In this document: positions 8,883 through 19,325 of the stretch, piece after piece
How positions within the stretch are numbered: position 1 is the first letter of the stretch
Layout: each line of letters starts with the position of its first letter
Made by a program: the position numbers and the translations under genes
The notes under the pieces: generated by a model
Databases searched by the model: none
What the model was told of the DNA's origin: nothing
Seen by the model: the letters and a program-made list of their open reading frames with translations, nothing else
From: a bacterium
GTDB lineage: Bacteria > UBA8248
Length of the DNA: 64,000 nucleotides
Direction: 5' to 3'
Assembly: GCA_965261085.1 (NCBI GenBank)
Contig: OZ253442.1
Span: 352,001-416,000, forward strand

Positions 8883-10622
8883 TCAGGTCAACAGATGAAA
8901 CCGGCGGAGCGAATCGTTCCCCTGCCCCGGCGCCAAGTCGCGGGGATTCTCGATGGCGAGGATGGTGAGCGGCTCGGTGCGGTTTCTCACCTCGATCTGA
9001 TGCGCGGGAAAGGCGGAGACGTTCGCGCCCGCGCGCTCCGCCACCCGGGCGGAGATGACGAGCCGACAGCCGTATTCCTTGGTCAAGTCCTGAAGGCGGC
9101 TGGCCGTGTTCACCGTATCGCCCACCGCCGTGAGATATTTGGCCACGCCCCGGCCCATCTCGCCCACCACGGTGGGGCCGGTGTGCACCCCGATGCCGAC
9201 GCGGAGTGGTTCATCTAATTCCTCGGCAAACGCTTCGCTCATCTCATCGAGCGCGTCCACGATGGCGCAGGCCGCCGCGAGGGCCTGCCTGCAACCCTCC
9301 TCGGGGCCTTCTTCCACACCAAAGAGCGCCATGACGCCGTCTCCCACGAACTGGTTGATGAGACCCCCCTCTTTGGTGATCGCCTCGCCCATCACGTCGA
9401 AGTAGCAATTGAGGAAAAACACCACGTCATAGGGGAGTTTCTTCTCGGCGATGCGGGTGAAGCCCCTCAAGTCGGCGAACAAGACGGCGACTCCGCGCTC
9501 CTGGCCCGAGGCGTAGCCCTTTTGCGCAAAGCCTTGCGCCGCATCCGCCCCGGCGGGCAGCATGAGCAGAACCGAGAGGTCCGTCCCCGGCCTCAACTGG
9601 CACGCCAGGCGAACGTCGGGAGCGGCCTTGATGCGCTCCAGAACGCGCTGCTCCTCGGGTTGTGCGGGCGGCAGTGCGTCCGCACAGCCCAGTAATTTCA
9701 CCCGGCAGGTGGAGCACCGCCCCCGTCCCCCGCATACGGAGGCGTGCGGGACGCCTGCGGAGCGGCTCGCCTCCAGCACGGTGGAACCCACCGGGGCGAG
9801 CGCTTCGCGCCCGCCTGCGTAGCTAACCTGAAACGTCTTTCGCCTCCGCTCCAGCGCGCAGCGCGCCCCGCGCGCGACGAGCACCAGCCCGAGCAAACCC
9901 AGATAGCCCCACCACAGGTTATCTCGTGCAACCTGGAGCATTCCCCTTTGCGCGCGATTGGGCATCTTGCTGCTGCTCAACATCTCGCGCCGCCAATTCC
10001 CCTCCGCCGAGAGCCGAGCAGCTTCACGACCGCCCTGGCTGAAACCTGCAAGCGAGAGGGCCGCTACGAGCGTCATGACGGCCAGGCACGCCGGAAACCA
10101 CTTCGAATACCAGGGCTTGAGCCTCAGCCAGTAGTGAAGGCCGACGCAGGCGTGCGTCCAGGCGATGAGCAGAAAAATCGCTTGCTTGAGACCGACGTCC
10201 GGCGAGCGTTCCCAATAGAGGAACATGATGCGCGTATAGGAGTCCACCGTACCGAACCACTCATGGGCCAGTCGTGTGCCCACGACGTGTGAGATCATGA
10301 ACAAGGGAATCGAGAGACCGAAAATAATCTGGGCCGCCTCCCAGATCGGCATCCTGAGGCTCCTGCGATTGAAGAGGCCGTACATCGCAAGCACCGTATG
10401 CAGTATGAGCGAACTATAGAAAAGCACCGAACCCGGGGCGCTTCGCCAGAATCCCAGAAACCAGAACCTGCCCGCGTCCATCGCGGCGAGCGAGGCCAGC
10501 CCCAGGGCATGGTTCAGAAGATGGGTGATGAGAAAAAGAAAAAGAACGCAGCCGGTCGCGAGGCTCATGCGTCTGCGCCAGTGTTCTATGGACGAGGCGG
10601 CGGCAGGTGCGTCGGAGGTCAT
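8883..10622 (-). CDS. Membrane adenylate/guanylate cyclase with 2Fe-2S ferredoxin domain (CyaC-like)
   Basis: His-containing TM region, HASVCGGRGRCSTC..RLACQ, FADLRGFT, GDGVMALFG, GDTVNTASRL; start refined by GGAG RBS. Confidence 0.9.
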   Translation of the reverse strand: MTSDAPAAASSIEHWRRRMSLATGCVLFLFLITHLLNHALGLASLAAMDAGRFWFLGFWRSAPGSVLFYSSLILHTVLAMYGLFNRRSLRMPIWEAAQIIFGLSIPLFMISHVVGTRLAHEWFGTVDSYTRIMFLYWERSPDVGLKQAIFLLIAWTHACVGLHYWLRLKPWYSKWFPACLAVMTLVAALSLAGFSQGGREAARLSAEGNWRREMLSSSKMPNRAQRGMLQVARDNLWWGYLGLLGLVLVARGARCALERRRKTFQVSYAGGREALAPVGSTVLEASRSAGVPHASVCGGRGRCSTCRVKLLGCADALPPAQPEEQRVLERIKAAPDVRLACQLRPGTDLSVLLMLPAGADAAQGFAQKGYASGQERGVAVLFADLRGFTRIAEKKLPYDVVFFLNCYFDVMGEAITKEGGLINQFVGDGVMALFGVEEGPEEGCRQALAAACAIVDALDEMSEAFAEELDEPLRVGIGVHTGPTVVGEMGRGVAKYLTAVGDTVNTASRLQDLTKEYGCRLVISARVAERAGANVSAFPAHQIEVRNRTEPLTILAIENPRDLAPGQGNDSLRRFHLLT

Positions 10623-10647
10623 AAAGCGCATCTCCAAACAGGCGGCC

Positions 10648-11439
10648 TCAGACGGGGTTTTTCTCCAGAAACTGCTCCATCTGCGCGATGAAGGCGTCGG
10701 GCTGATCCCAGAATACGCTGTGGCCCGCATCGGGGATGATTGAAGTGGCGCAATCGGGAACGTTGTTCCGATACACCTCGCTGAAAGCTATAGGACCTGC
10801 ATCGTTCTCTCCGTGGCACACCCAGGTGGGGACGGAGATTCTGTGCAGCTCGTTTCTCAAATCGGGCATCGTGAACAGCGCGTTTGCGGTATCGGCGAAC
10901 GTCTCGGGCGTATTCTTCAAGAACCTCTCCTTGTACTCGCCGGCCAGGGGACCCTCGCGCAGGCTTTCGGGGAGTTCACCCCGGCGCACCTTGAATTCAA
11001 GCAGCGCCTCCATGCCTTCTGATTGCGCGACCGCCAACTGCTCGTCGAACATCTGCCGGTATGCGCCCGAGGGCGGGCCACAGGATGAGGCCGAGAGCAT
11101 GAGGCGGTTCAGGCGCTCCGGGTGTTGAATCGCGAGCGTGGTGCCCGTGCGCCCGCCCATGCTTTGGCCCAGATAATCGGCCCGCTCGATCTTAAGAGCG
11201 TCCAGAAAACCGAGCACGTCATCCGCGAAAGTCTGGATGGTGTAGGGGCCTGCCGGATTGTCCGAATCGCCGTGGCCGCGCAAATCAAGCGCCAACACCC
11301 GAAAACGCCCCGCCAGCCGGTCGATGATGGGCCTGAAGGTGAAATGAGAGTTCTGAAAACCGTGCACGAGAAGAAGAGGAGGCCCCTCCCCGCGCTCTAT
11401 GTAGTGGATGTCTATCCCGTTCACGCGCGCTTTCGGCAA
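10648..11439 (-). CDS. Alpha/beta hydrolase
   Basis: HGF, DLRGHGDS, GQSMGG, AGH; TTG start with AAAGGAG RBS. Confidence 0.88.
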   Translation of the reverse strand: MPKARVNGIDIHYIERGEGPPLLLVHGFQNSHFTFRPIIDRLAGRFRVLALDLRGHGDSDNPAGPYTIQTFADDVLGFLDALKIERADYLGQSMGGRTGTTLAIQHPERLNRLMLSASSCGPPSGAYRQMFDEQLAVAQSEGMEALLEFKVRRGELPESLREGPLAGEYKERFLKNTPETFADTANALFTMPDLRNELHRISVPTWVCHGENDAGPIAFSEVYRNNVPDCATSIIPDAGHSVFWDQPDAFIAQMEQFLEKNPV

Positions 11440-11461
11440 GGCTGTTCTCCTTTCAGTGTGC

Positions 11462-13711
11462 TCACGCCCCGACAGGCGGCCGCTCGTTCCTGAGCTCGGG
11501 CGTCGCCTCCTCATAGGCGTGCGCGACGCGCAGCACGTCGGTCTCGCGCCAGGGGCCGCTCACGATCTGAAGCGAGGTGGGCATCCCCTCTGCGTTCCGG
11601 CCCATCGGCGTGACGAGCGCCGGAAAGCCCGTGGCGTTGTGCGGCCCGAGAAACGGCCTGTGGATGTTCTTGTAGGGAACGTCCCTGCCGTTCATCCGAA
11701 TGAGGAGCGTCGCAATCGGCGGGGCGACGCAGGGCATGGCGGGCTGGATCAGCGCGTCAGCGCCCTCAAAGAACCCGGCGACCTCGCGCTGCATCAATAC
11801 GCGCTCGCGCATCGCGCGAACGTAATCATCCGGCGCGATCTGGAACGACCACTCCAAACGCTCGAGCACGTCCTCCCCGTAGCCTCCCGGGTTTTGCTCG
11901 AAAAACGGCCTGTGAAACTCGCTGAACTCAGGCCCCGTGATGAGCGGGAACAAATCCATCAGCTTCTGATAGTGCGTGAAGGAGACCTCCTCCACCCGTG
12001 CGCCCAGGGCGCGGAACACTTCCACCGCCGCCTCGAACGCCGCCATGATCTCGGAATCCACCTCGGCGTCTCCGTGAAAATCCGGGCAGACGAGTATGCG
12101 GCTCCCGCGCACCCCGTCCTCCAAACTTGCGGTGTAATCGGGAACGGGCACGTTTTGAGACTTTGAATCCTGGGCGTCATAGCCGGCCATCGCCTGAAGC
12201 ATGAGGCCTGCGTCGCGCGCCGTGCGCGTCATGGGGCCTGGGTGGTCGAAGCTCAAGGAGTTGGGGCAAATGCCCCTCAGACTCACCCGGCCGTGGGTCG
12301 CCTTGAGCCCCACGCCCCCGCACAGAGAGGAGGGGTTGCGGATGGAGCCGCCCGTGTCGGTGCCGATGGCCGCGGGCGCGAGCCCCGCCGCGCAGGCGGC
12401 GCCCGAACCACCGCTCGAGCCGCCGACGATTCTCTCGGTGTTCCAGGGGTTTCGCACGGTGCCGTAATGGGGGTTGATGGTCACCGGGGCGGCGGCGAAC
12501 TCGTGCGTGGTCGTCTTGCCCAGCATGACGGCGCCCGCACCCTTCAAGCGCCTGATGATTTCCGCGTCCTCGCGCGGCACGTTGTCGCGATGAAAAGAAG
12601 AACCGTTGGTGGTAAGCACCCCCGCCGTATCGACGATGTCCTTGGCGCCATAGGGAACGCCGTGCATGGGGCCTCGCCACTGGCCACCGACAATCTCGGC
12701 CTCGGCGGCGCGGGCCGCCTCCATGGCGGCTTCCGCCGTCACCGTCTGGTAGGCGAATATCTCGGGGTTCAGCGCCTCGATGCGGCGCAGGTGCGCCTCG
12801 GCCACCTCGACGGGGGAGATTTCTTTTTTGCGAATCATCCCCGCGAGGTCATGAATACTCGAAAAACAAAGGTCATCGCTCATGTCGTCCTCCTTAGAAA
12901 CCGCGTCGCCCATCACCACCACGTGAGCACCCTCCTCATCGACGAACCGGGGCTCCCAGCCTTCGGGCGCCAGGCCGTCTTCGACGAGAAGCTCATAATA
13001 ACGCCTTAAACCTTCCAGTTCCTCATCGCCCACGTCGTAGCGGATGCACTCGGTGAGGTAACACCACGCCGTGTTCTTGTCGACGCCCGGGGGAAGCGCG
13101 CCGTTTACGATCTCCTCTATCTTCCCCACGCCCTCTTTTTTCGCGTTCTGCAAAAGCGCGGCGGCCTCTGCGTCTCCCGCTCCCGGTCTGAACACCCAGA
13201 GCGCATAGACGAAGGGAAGGCCGGTAAAATTCCGCCACTCCTCGCCCAGATCGAGCACGTAGTGCTCACCGGGCGGTTCGCGCAGGGCGTTGTCCCCGAT
13301 GAGCAAAAAGGCGTCGATCGACTCATCCTCACGCGGTGGTTTGAGCGGGTCGATGGGCACGAACTCGGGCTCCGCCCCCCAGCGGTGTTTCAGATAGACG
13401 CGCGCCATGTTCGTCGCGGCGAGCGACCAGCTATCCAGCCCCACGCGTCGCAGGGAGTCCGCCGGTTTCCGGCAATAGAGCCGGATGCTCTCCACCGGGC
13501 CGTGGCTCGCGATGCCCACCCCAGGAACGAAACGCGCGCCTTGCATCTGAAAAAGGGCGAACGAGGAAACGAGCGCGCCGTCTAGTTCGCCGCTTTCCAG
13601 CATTTGCGCCAGCTTCGAGGGGGGTTCGACGATGAGTTCGACCCCGGGGTTTCCCTCGAGCGCGATGGTGAGGGGCCTTGCGTTCAGGAAGGGAACGGTG
13701 CCGAGTTTCAT
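11462..13711 (-). CDS. mqnA: Chorismate dehydratase MqnA fused in frame to an amidase-signature (GatA-like) protein; amidase also has its own start at 12883
   Basis: N-terminal LGTVPFLNARPL..LLIGDNAL..DLGEEW..TGLPFVYALW; C-terminal GAKD, GGSSGGS, GTDTGGSIRNP; no stop between the two parts. Confidence 0.85.
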   Translation of the reverse strand: MKLGTVPFLNARPLTIALEGNPGVELIVEPPSKLAQMLESGELDGALVSSFALFQMQGARFVPGVGIASHGPVESIRLYCRKPADSLRRVGLDSWSLAATNMARVYLKHRWGAEPEFVPIDPLKPPREDESIDAFLLIGDNALREPPGEHYVLDLGEEWRNFTGLPFVYALWVFRPGAGDAEAAALLQNAKKEGVGKIEEIVNGALPPGVDKNTAWCYLTECIRYDVGDEELEGLRRYYELLVEDGLAPEGWEPRFVDEEGAHVVVMGDAVSKEDDMSDDLCFSSIHDLAGMIRKKEISPVEVAEAHLRRIEALNPEIFAYQTVTAEAAMEAARAAEAEIVGGQWRGPMHGVPYGAKDIVDTAGVLTTNGSSFHRDNVPREDAEIIRRLKGAGAVMLGKTTTHEFAAAPVTINPHYGTVRNPWNTERIVGGSSGGSGAACAAGLAPAAIGTDTGGSIRNPSSLCGGVGLKATHGRVSLRGICPNSLSFDHPGPMTRTARDAGLMLQAMAGYDAQDSKSQNVPVPDYTASLEDGVRGSRILVCPDFHGDAEVDSEIMAAFEAAVEVFRALGARVEEVSFTHYQKLMDLFPLITGPEFSEFHRPFFEQNPGGYGEDVLERLEWSFQIAPDDYVRAMRERVLMQREVAGFFEGADALIQPAMPCVAPPIATLLIRMNGRDVPYKNIHRPFLGPHNATGFPALVTPMGRNAEGMPTSLQIVSGPWRETDVLRVAHAYEEATPELRNERPPVGA

Positions 13712-13719
13712 GGTGATGC

Positions 13720-14859
13720 TCAGGCGTGAACTGCCCATTGATCTCCTTGGCGCGTGACTTCCCGGTAGAGCGTGTCGCGCTCGATGGGCTCGCGCCCCGC
13801 CTCTCTGATGAGGCGGCGGATGTCGTTCACGGTGAGTTCGTGCGGCGTCTTCGCACCCGCCATGTGGTAGATCTTCTCCTGAACGACGGTGCCGTCCAGA
13901 TCGTCCACGCCGAAGCGCTGCGAGATTTGCGCGATGGGCTGGCCCACCATGATCCAGTAGGCCTTGATATGGGGGATGTTGTCGAGCAAAAGACGTCCGA
14001 CGGCGTAGTTTCTGATGTCGAGCATCCCGCCCGTGGAGGGGATGTCGTCCATCTGCGTGTTCTCGGGGTGAAACGCGAGCGGGATGAAGGTGGTGAACCC
14101 GCCGGTTTCATCCTGTAAATCCCTGAGCCTCAGCATGTGATCCACGCGATCCTCGTTCGATTCCACGTGGCCGTAGAGCATGGTGCAGGTGCTGCGGATG
14201 CCCTTGTTGTGGGCGATGCGGTGGATCTCGAGCCAGTCCTCGCCCGAGTGCTTGCCCTTACAAATTTGGGAGCGTGTGGGTTCGGCGAAAATCTCCGCCC
14301 CGCCGCCCGTGAGTGAACCGAGCCCCGAGCGCACCAGATGCTCGAGCGTCTCCTCGACGCTCATCTTCGCGACGTTGTCGGCGAGCCAGCGAATCTCCGT
14401 GGCCGTGAAGACTTTCAGGTGCAACTGGGGGTGAATTTCCTTGATACCCTGGATCATTTCGAGATAATAATCGAAAGGCAGATCGGGATGCAGGCCGCCC
14501 ACCATATGGAACTCGGTGCGGCCCCGGCCCAGCGTTTCCGCCATCTTGAAGATTTCCTCCAGCGAATACGCATAGGCGTCCTGCTGGCCTTCTTTTTTGC
14601 CGAACGCGCAGAACTTGCACGCCTTCCACAACACGCAGATGTTCGAATAGTTGATGTGGCTGTTCACGTTGTAATAAGTGCGATTCCCGTGCAGGCGCTC
14701 GCGGACGATGTTCGCCAGATAGCCGACGGCGTTCACGTCTTCGGCCTCATAGAGGCGCACGCCTTCCTCGAAGGAAAGGCGCAGACCCGCTTCCACTTTT
14801 TCCAAAATATCGCCCAGAGGGCCTCTCTGGACGCGCGAGCGCATGAAGTCGCGGTTCAT
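13720..14859 (-). CDS. mqnE: Aminofutalosine synthase (radical SAM)
   Basis: HINYSNIC..CKFCAF, FIPLAFHPENT, HIKAYWIM, EKIYHMAGA. Confidence 0.92.
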   Translation of the reverse strand: MNRDFMRSRVQRGPLGDILEKVEAGLRLSFEEGVRLYEAEDVNAVGYLANIVRERLHGNRTYYNVNSHINYSNICVLWKACKFCAFGKKEGQQDAYAYSLEEIFKMAETLGRGRTEFHMVGGLHPDLPFDYYLEMIQGIKEIHPQLHLKVFTATEIRWLADNVAKMSVEETLEHLVRSGLGSLTGGGAEIFAEPTRSQICKGKHSGEDWLEIHRIAHNKGIRSTCTMLYGHVESNEDRVDHMLRLRDLQDETGGFTTFIPLAFHPENTQMDDIPSTGGMLDIRNYAVGRLLLDNIPHIKAYWIMVGQPIAQISQRFGVDDLDGTVVQEKIYHMAGAKTPHELTVNDIRRLIREAGREPIERDTLYREVTRQGDQWAVHA

Positions 14860-14985
14860 GGTTCACCTTCTTTTTTTCGTCTCATCGGAGAATCAATCCA
14901 GCCGGTAACGCACGTGCGCATTCTGTAGGCTGAAAGGGGGTATGTCAACGCGAGGAGGGGGTGGGGGGGCATCTCAATCTCGCCA

Positions 14986-15609
14986 TCATTCAGCGCCCAT
15001 ACCGAGCATGAGCTTGATTGTACCCAACCAATCCAAATAATGGAGAATCGCAAGAAGCGAGGCGATTACAGGAATCACTAGGAAAATCGCCTTTATGAGT
15101 CGTCCCAGTATGCTGCCTTCCACCATAGCTCCGTCGAAGCCAGCAGAATCAATAAATCTAAACGGTATCCGGGCAAACAATTTAAGAAACCGTCCTATCC
15201 ACCAAAAGGGATTGAATGTTCGTTTGACCGATTTCCCTCGATCAGATTGATATACACCGATAGCGCGATCCAAAAGACTAATTACGCGGTTGTGTCTTAT
15301 TTGGTATGTGTCGATCTCGAACAGGTCTCGCAGGATGTCGACATTAAGTGGATAGCCTCCAGTTGTCGGAGACGGCGTCCATTGAACTACCAAAGGCACC
15401 CCTGTTGCACGAATTATTTCGTGAGCTTCTTCAATCATCAAGTCAATTTCATGACGAGCTTGTTTTGCGTTTTCCTCCTCTGCGCGAGCATTATTTAGCC
15501 AATGAAATGTAGAATTCTCGAAGTAGATAACAACTTGATTGCGAAATTCTCTCAGTTGATTCAGTCTTTTTTTGTTTTCCCAACATGGAATATCTTTGTA
15601 TGACTTCAA
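14986..15609 (-). CDS. Hypothetical membrane-anchored protein downstream of the R-M pair
   Basis: 207-aa AT-rich ORF with hydrophobic C-terminal helices. Confidence 0.65.
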   Translation of the reverse strand: MKSYKDIPCWENKKRLNQLREFRNQVVIYFENSTFHWLNNARAEEENAKQARHEIDLMIEEAHEIIRATGVPLVVQWTPSPTTGGYPLNVDILRDLFEIDTYQIRHNRVISLLDRAIGVYQSDRGKSVKRTFNPFWWIGRFLKLFARIPFRFIDSAGFDGAMVEGSILGRLIKAIFLVIPVIASLLAILHYLDWLGTIKLMLGMGAE

Positions 15610-15641
15610 TTCAGGTGGTCCCTATTGCGTTTCAAGCGGTT

Positions 15642-16520
15642 CTATTCGAACGGTTCGAGTCTATTTTTAAGGTCTCGCTCGAACGCCTCTCGCCGAATCG
15701 TCTCGGCAGCGAGGAGCTTTTCGTTCGTATCCTCCAAGGTGAGAACCTCCCAGTGCCCCCGTGAAAGTCGGTAGCGCCCCTCGGAGTCGTGGGTGAGTTC
15801 CGGTACCAGCCAGATAACATCGCCGTCATTGAGATCATGATTGGGATTGAGGCTGGGGCCTCCAATCGACTCAAAGAAGGGACGGTCCACCGCGACGGCA
15901 ATTCGTGATCCCCAACGTCTGAGAGTAGGAACCTTTATCTGTAATTGCGGCATGAGGCGCTTCGCGCTCGAAGAGCGCCAATCCGGCCTGCGCACCGCGT
16001 CGGGAAACGGCGGTTTTGGATGAGCATCGTCCCGCAAATTCAAGAATTCGGATTGCATACCTTTGCCCGAGAAATAAACCGCCTGGATTTCCAACCCATA
16101 CCACCTGAGATCGTCACCGGACGTTCGGGCGACGACCAGGTCTATCTTCCCTGCGGGCTTGTCCGTGCTCGTTCCGCGCATGAAAGGCACCTCGCGGGCC
16201 AGCATCGCTTCTTCCGAAGAAAAACCGACGATCTCCGCAAGCCAATTTACGAGTAGTTGTTTCTCCTCGAACCTGACCGGACAAACAACGACCGGTTCGC
16301 CTTGGGGCGAACCCAACCGTCCATCTTCGCCTTTTTCATAACGATGGAGGGAACATACACCGCCTCGTTTCCGACATGGCGGCCAGCCTTTCTGAAACGG
16401 ACATGGAGGGGCTTCGCGCTCCTCTTGTAAAGCTATCTTCGCCAGTTGGCGACGCTCATCGGGAGAGAGGCCGGGAAATGGCCGCCCATACCATTCCGCG
16501 ATACCGTATCGCACACTCAA
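15642..16520 (-). CDS. NotI-family restriction endonuclease
   Basis: CPF..C..GGVCS..VCPVRF Cys4 site, IDLV..LEIQAVYFSG, RPDWRSSSAKRLMPQL. Confidence 0.85.
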   Translation of the reverse strand: MSVRYGIAEWYGRPFPGLSPDERRQLAKIALQEEREAPPCPFQKGWPPCRKRGGVCSLHRYEKGEDGRLGSPQGEPVVVCPVRFEEKQLLVNWLAEIVGFSSEEAMLAREVPFMRGTSTDKPAGKIDLVVARTSGDDLRWYGLEIQAVYFSGKGMQSEFLNLRDDAHPKPPFPDAVRRPDWRSSSAKRLMPQLQIKVPTLRRWGSRIAVAVDRPFFESIGGPSLNPNHDLNDGDVIWLVPELTHDSEGRYRLSRGHWEVLTLEDTNEKLLAAETIRREAFERDLKNRLEPFE

Positions 16521-17461
16521 TCGACAAACACCGGTCGGGGTGTGATGACGAGTTCGGGTATCCGGGCGTGATGGGTGTTCTTCATGAACACCCGAACGGC
16601 GTGGAAGGCGTGTTTGCGGATCAGGCGCTCAATCTCGGGCGCGCCATCGTAAGTCATGAGAAACTCCGCACCGCTATCGGCGAGCATTTCGAACAATCGC
16701 GCATGGTCTATCTCGTTGTGGGCATACAGCCGCTTTCCCGCCCGTTTTCCGCCTGCGGTGTAGGGCGGATCAGCGAATACAACCAGTTCGTGAATACGAT
16801 CCCTCAATAAATCGTCCAGCCACTTTATGCCGTCGGTTTCGGAAAAGCCGATGCGATCCGCATATTCGGTAATCTCACGCAGACGCTTCATGATCGTCTC
16901 GGGATACCAACGAGACGCGACGCCTTTTCCATTTTCTCCCGCGCGGCTCAATGACGCGCCAGGGGCGAGAATGCCGCCTCGGCGCGTCCGGTTCAGCACA
17001 AGAGTGCGGAAGCCGTGCCCGACCAAATCTTCCGGGGTCTGACGGGATAGCGCGTTCACGGCCTCTCGTGTCGGCTCGAAGCGCGCGATCCGCTCACAAA
17101 GCTCGGGGCCGTGGCGCAACGCCACATTCCAAAAGGCCGCCACGTCAGGGTCCAACTCCGCCATTAGGCATCGTTCCGCCAACCCTTCCATCACGGCGGT
17201 CAACGAGACGATGCCGCCACCGGTGAAGGGTTCGACAAGAAGTCGGGGGACTAGATTGAGATTTCGGAGCCAAACCCGGATATGGGGAATCAGCCACGTC
17301 TTGCCGCCAGGGTACCTGAGAGGACTACGCTGTGGCACCGAAGCGACGTTCACCGCCGGAATCGGCGAAAGCGGTATTGCGCCTATCTCGGCGCGCCTCG
17401 GTGTAGCGAATATCTGGGCTTGCCGCCCACTCGCCGCTTTAACTTCCACTGTATTCCTCAA
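16517..17461 (-). CDS. Dam/D12-class DNA amino-methyltransferase
   Basis: SPLRYPGGKT, EPFTGGG, DPPY; 4-nt overlap with the endonuclease. Confidence 0.88.
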   Translation of the reverse strand: MRNTVEVKAASGRQAQIFATPRRAEIGAIPLSPIPAVNVASVPQRSPLRYPGGKTWLIPHIRVWLRNLNLVPRLLVEPFTGGGIVSLTAVMEGLAERCLMAELDPDVAAFWNVALRHGPELCERIARFEPTREAVNALSRQTPEDLVGHGFRTLVLNRTRRGGILAPGASLSRAGENGKGVASRWYPETIMKRLREITEYADRIGFSETDGIKWLDDLLRDRIHELVVFADPPYTAGGKRAGKRLYAHNEIDHARLFEMLADSGAEFLMTYDGAPEIERLIRKHAFHAVRVFMKNTHHARIPELVITPRPVFVD

Positions 17462-17588
17462 GCTGGCCTCGTAATCGTATTTCTTCAGGAAACCGGGCGG
17501 CGATGCTCATTATGCGCCAGGCATCAAATCCCGTCAAAACCAAAGCCGCCCAAATACCTCCCCACACGTCGAATTGCCCCGCGCCGCC

Positions 17589-18464
17589 TCACTCACCGAA
17601 GAAGTATTTCACCCCGAGCATCACGGAGAAGTGGTTCATGCCGCTGATTTCGGTGGTGTTCGTAAGATCGGGAACGGGGTGGAAGTCGTAGTCGCCCTTG
17701 GCCTCCATGTCGCCCACCATGGAGTAGGTGAGCTTCACGCCCACCAGCATCTTCTCGCTCACCCGGTAGTCGAGGCCCGCGTGCAGATGCGCGGATAAGA
17801 CGGTGTCGGTCAGGTCCTCGTTCTGGCGGCCGTTGTACTGCTCGGGCCTGTCGCAATCCGACGCAGGGTTCTTGCACGAGTATCGGGCCTCAAAGAACAC
17901 GCCCGAGAGTTCGACGAAAGAAACGCCCACGCCTGCGCCCACGTAGGGCGTGAAGCGGCTGCCGGGGAGTGAAAAATCGTAGTAGGCGTTCAGCGAGAGG
18001 GTGCGCGTCGTCAGATCATCGATAGTGGTGCTGGTCCTGCTCTGGTAGTTGCTCACCGGGCGGGCCATGCTGCGCGAGCCGCCCAGATAGGTGATGCCGG
18101 TGAATTTCTGTTCGACGTCGTTTTTCCGCTGGGCCAGCGCCAGTTCCATGCGAATTGCGCCGAAGTAGCGGCCGATGGAAATCTCGAACGCGGCGCCGTC
18201 GTCCGCATCCAGGTCGTAGTACCACCGGTAGCCTTCGGGCCTGTCATTGACCAAGTGGCTGCAGTCGTCTTCGGGGTAGCAGATGTTGTCGCGGTTGTGG
18301 CCCGCCTGCTCGATCCCCGAAGCCTTGTTAATCCCTGCGCCGGCGCCCACGTACCAGCCGGAGGGCTTCGCCTGCTGGGCGGCGCTCGCACCCGCCAAGC
18401 CCAGGATTGCGCACAGCGCCAGCGCGGTCATGATGACGCGCAGTTTTATGGATGATGCTCGCAT
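17589..18464 (-). CDS. Outer-membrane beta-barrel protein (opacity/OmpW-like)
   Basis: Signal peptide, WYVGAGAG, NAYYDF, TPYVGAGVG, terminal GVKYFF. Confidence 0.8.
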   Translation of the reverse strand: MRASSIKLRVIMTALALCAILGLAGASAAQQAKPSGWYVGAGAGINKASGIEQAGHNRDNICYPEDDCSHLVNDRPEGYRWYYDLDADDGAAFEISIGRYFGAIRMELALAQRKNDVEQKFTGITYLGGSRSMARPVSNYQSRTSTTIDDLTTRTLSLNAYYDFSLPGSRFTPYVGAGVGVSFVELSGVFFEARYSCKNPASDCDRPEQYNGRQNEDLTDTVLSAHLHAGLDYRVSEKMLVGVKLTYSMVGDMEAKGDYDFHPVPDLTNTTEISGMNHFSVMLGVKYFFGE

Positions 18465-18574
18465 TTCTTTCCTCCCGCTTTGCTATTCGATGGTTTGATG
18501 CGGAACCTCGTGGTGAACGTCGCTTTAGCGCGGCGGCCGCCGCGCGTCAAGAGCCGCTCGCGGCGCTATGTTTC

Positions 18575-19048
18575 TTAAGCCGGATTCTCCGGGTGCCGTT
18601 CGACCCGCACCTCTGAGCCGAGAACCGAACCGGTGGTCCCTCGAAACACGCCCCGGCTCGGCGGGACGTCGGTGTAGTCGCGGCCCACCGCCACGCGGAC
18701 GTGGCGCTCGCCTCCCTCGATATTGTTGGTCGGGTCGAAGCCCGTCCACCCCACGCCCGGAAACCAGCACTCCACCCAGGCGTGGCTCTCACCCGTGGCC
18801 TCGCCTGCGGCTTCTGGCCCGAGATAGCCCGACACGTAGCGGCACGGAACCCCCCAGCCGCGCATGATGGAGGCCATCACGTACGCGTAGTCCTGACAAA
18901 CCCCCCGCCCGGTCTCGAGAATCTCTTCGATGGGCGAGTCCACCCGGGTGTGGCCCGGAATGTATTCGAAGACATCGTGGAGTTTTGCGCAAAGCGCGCG
19001 CGCATCACCACACCCATCGACCGGTAATCCCGCTTTCCTCAGGCGCAA
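18575..19048 (-). pseudogene. 5'-truncated transglutaminase-family gene
   Basis: GVCQDY, RYVSGY, SHAWVE, FDPTN, GRDY present; N-terminal domain absent and replaced by AT-rich sequence. Confidence 0.65.
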
Positions 19049-19325
19049 ACCCTCTCTTTTCTTTTCGTGACGAATAATTATCGATAAAGAGTAAATTTAC
19101 TTCTATATTTGCAATAAATTGGCCTAACCGAAGCGAATTCACCTCGGCTCGACTAGCAGTCGTTAAGATTGTGGTTGCGCTGGATTACTGCTTGTCGTAG
19201 TATTTTTATTGCATCGCAACACAATACCAATGAGCCTGATAGGGTGGTTGGCCGTTGATTTTCGGCCTGCGAACCAGCCGCGCATGACGCGGAGGAAAAA
19301 CAACTCTCATGAAAAGGAGAACCGC

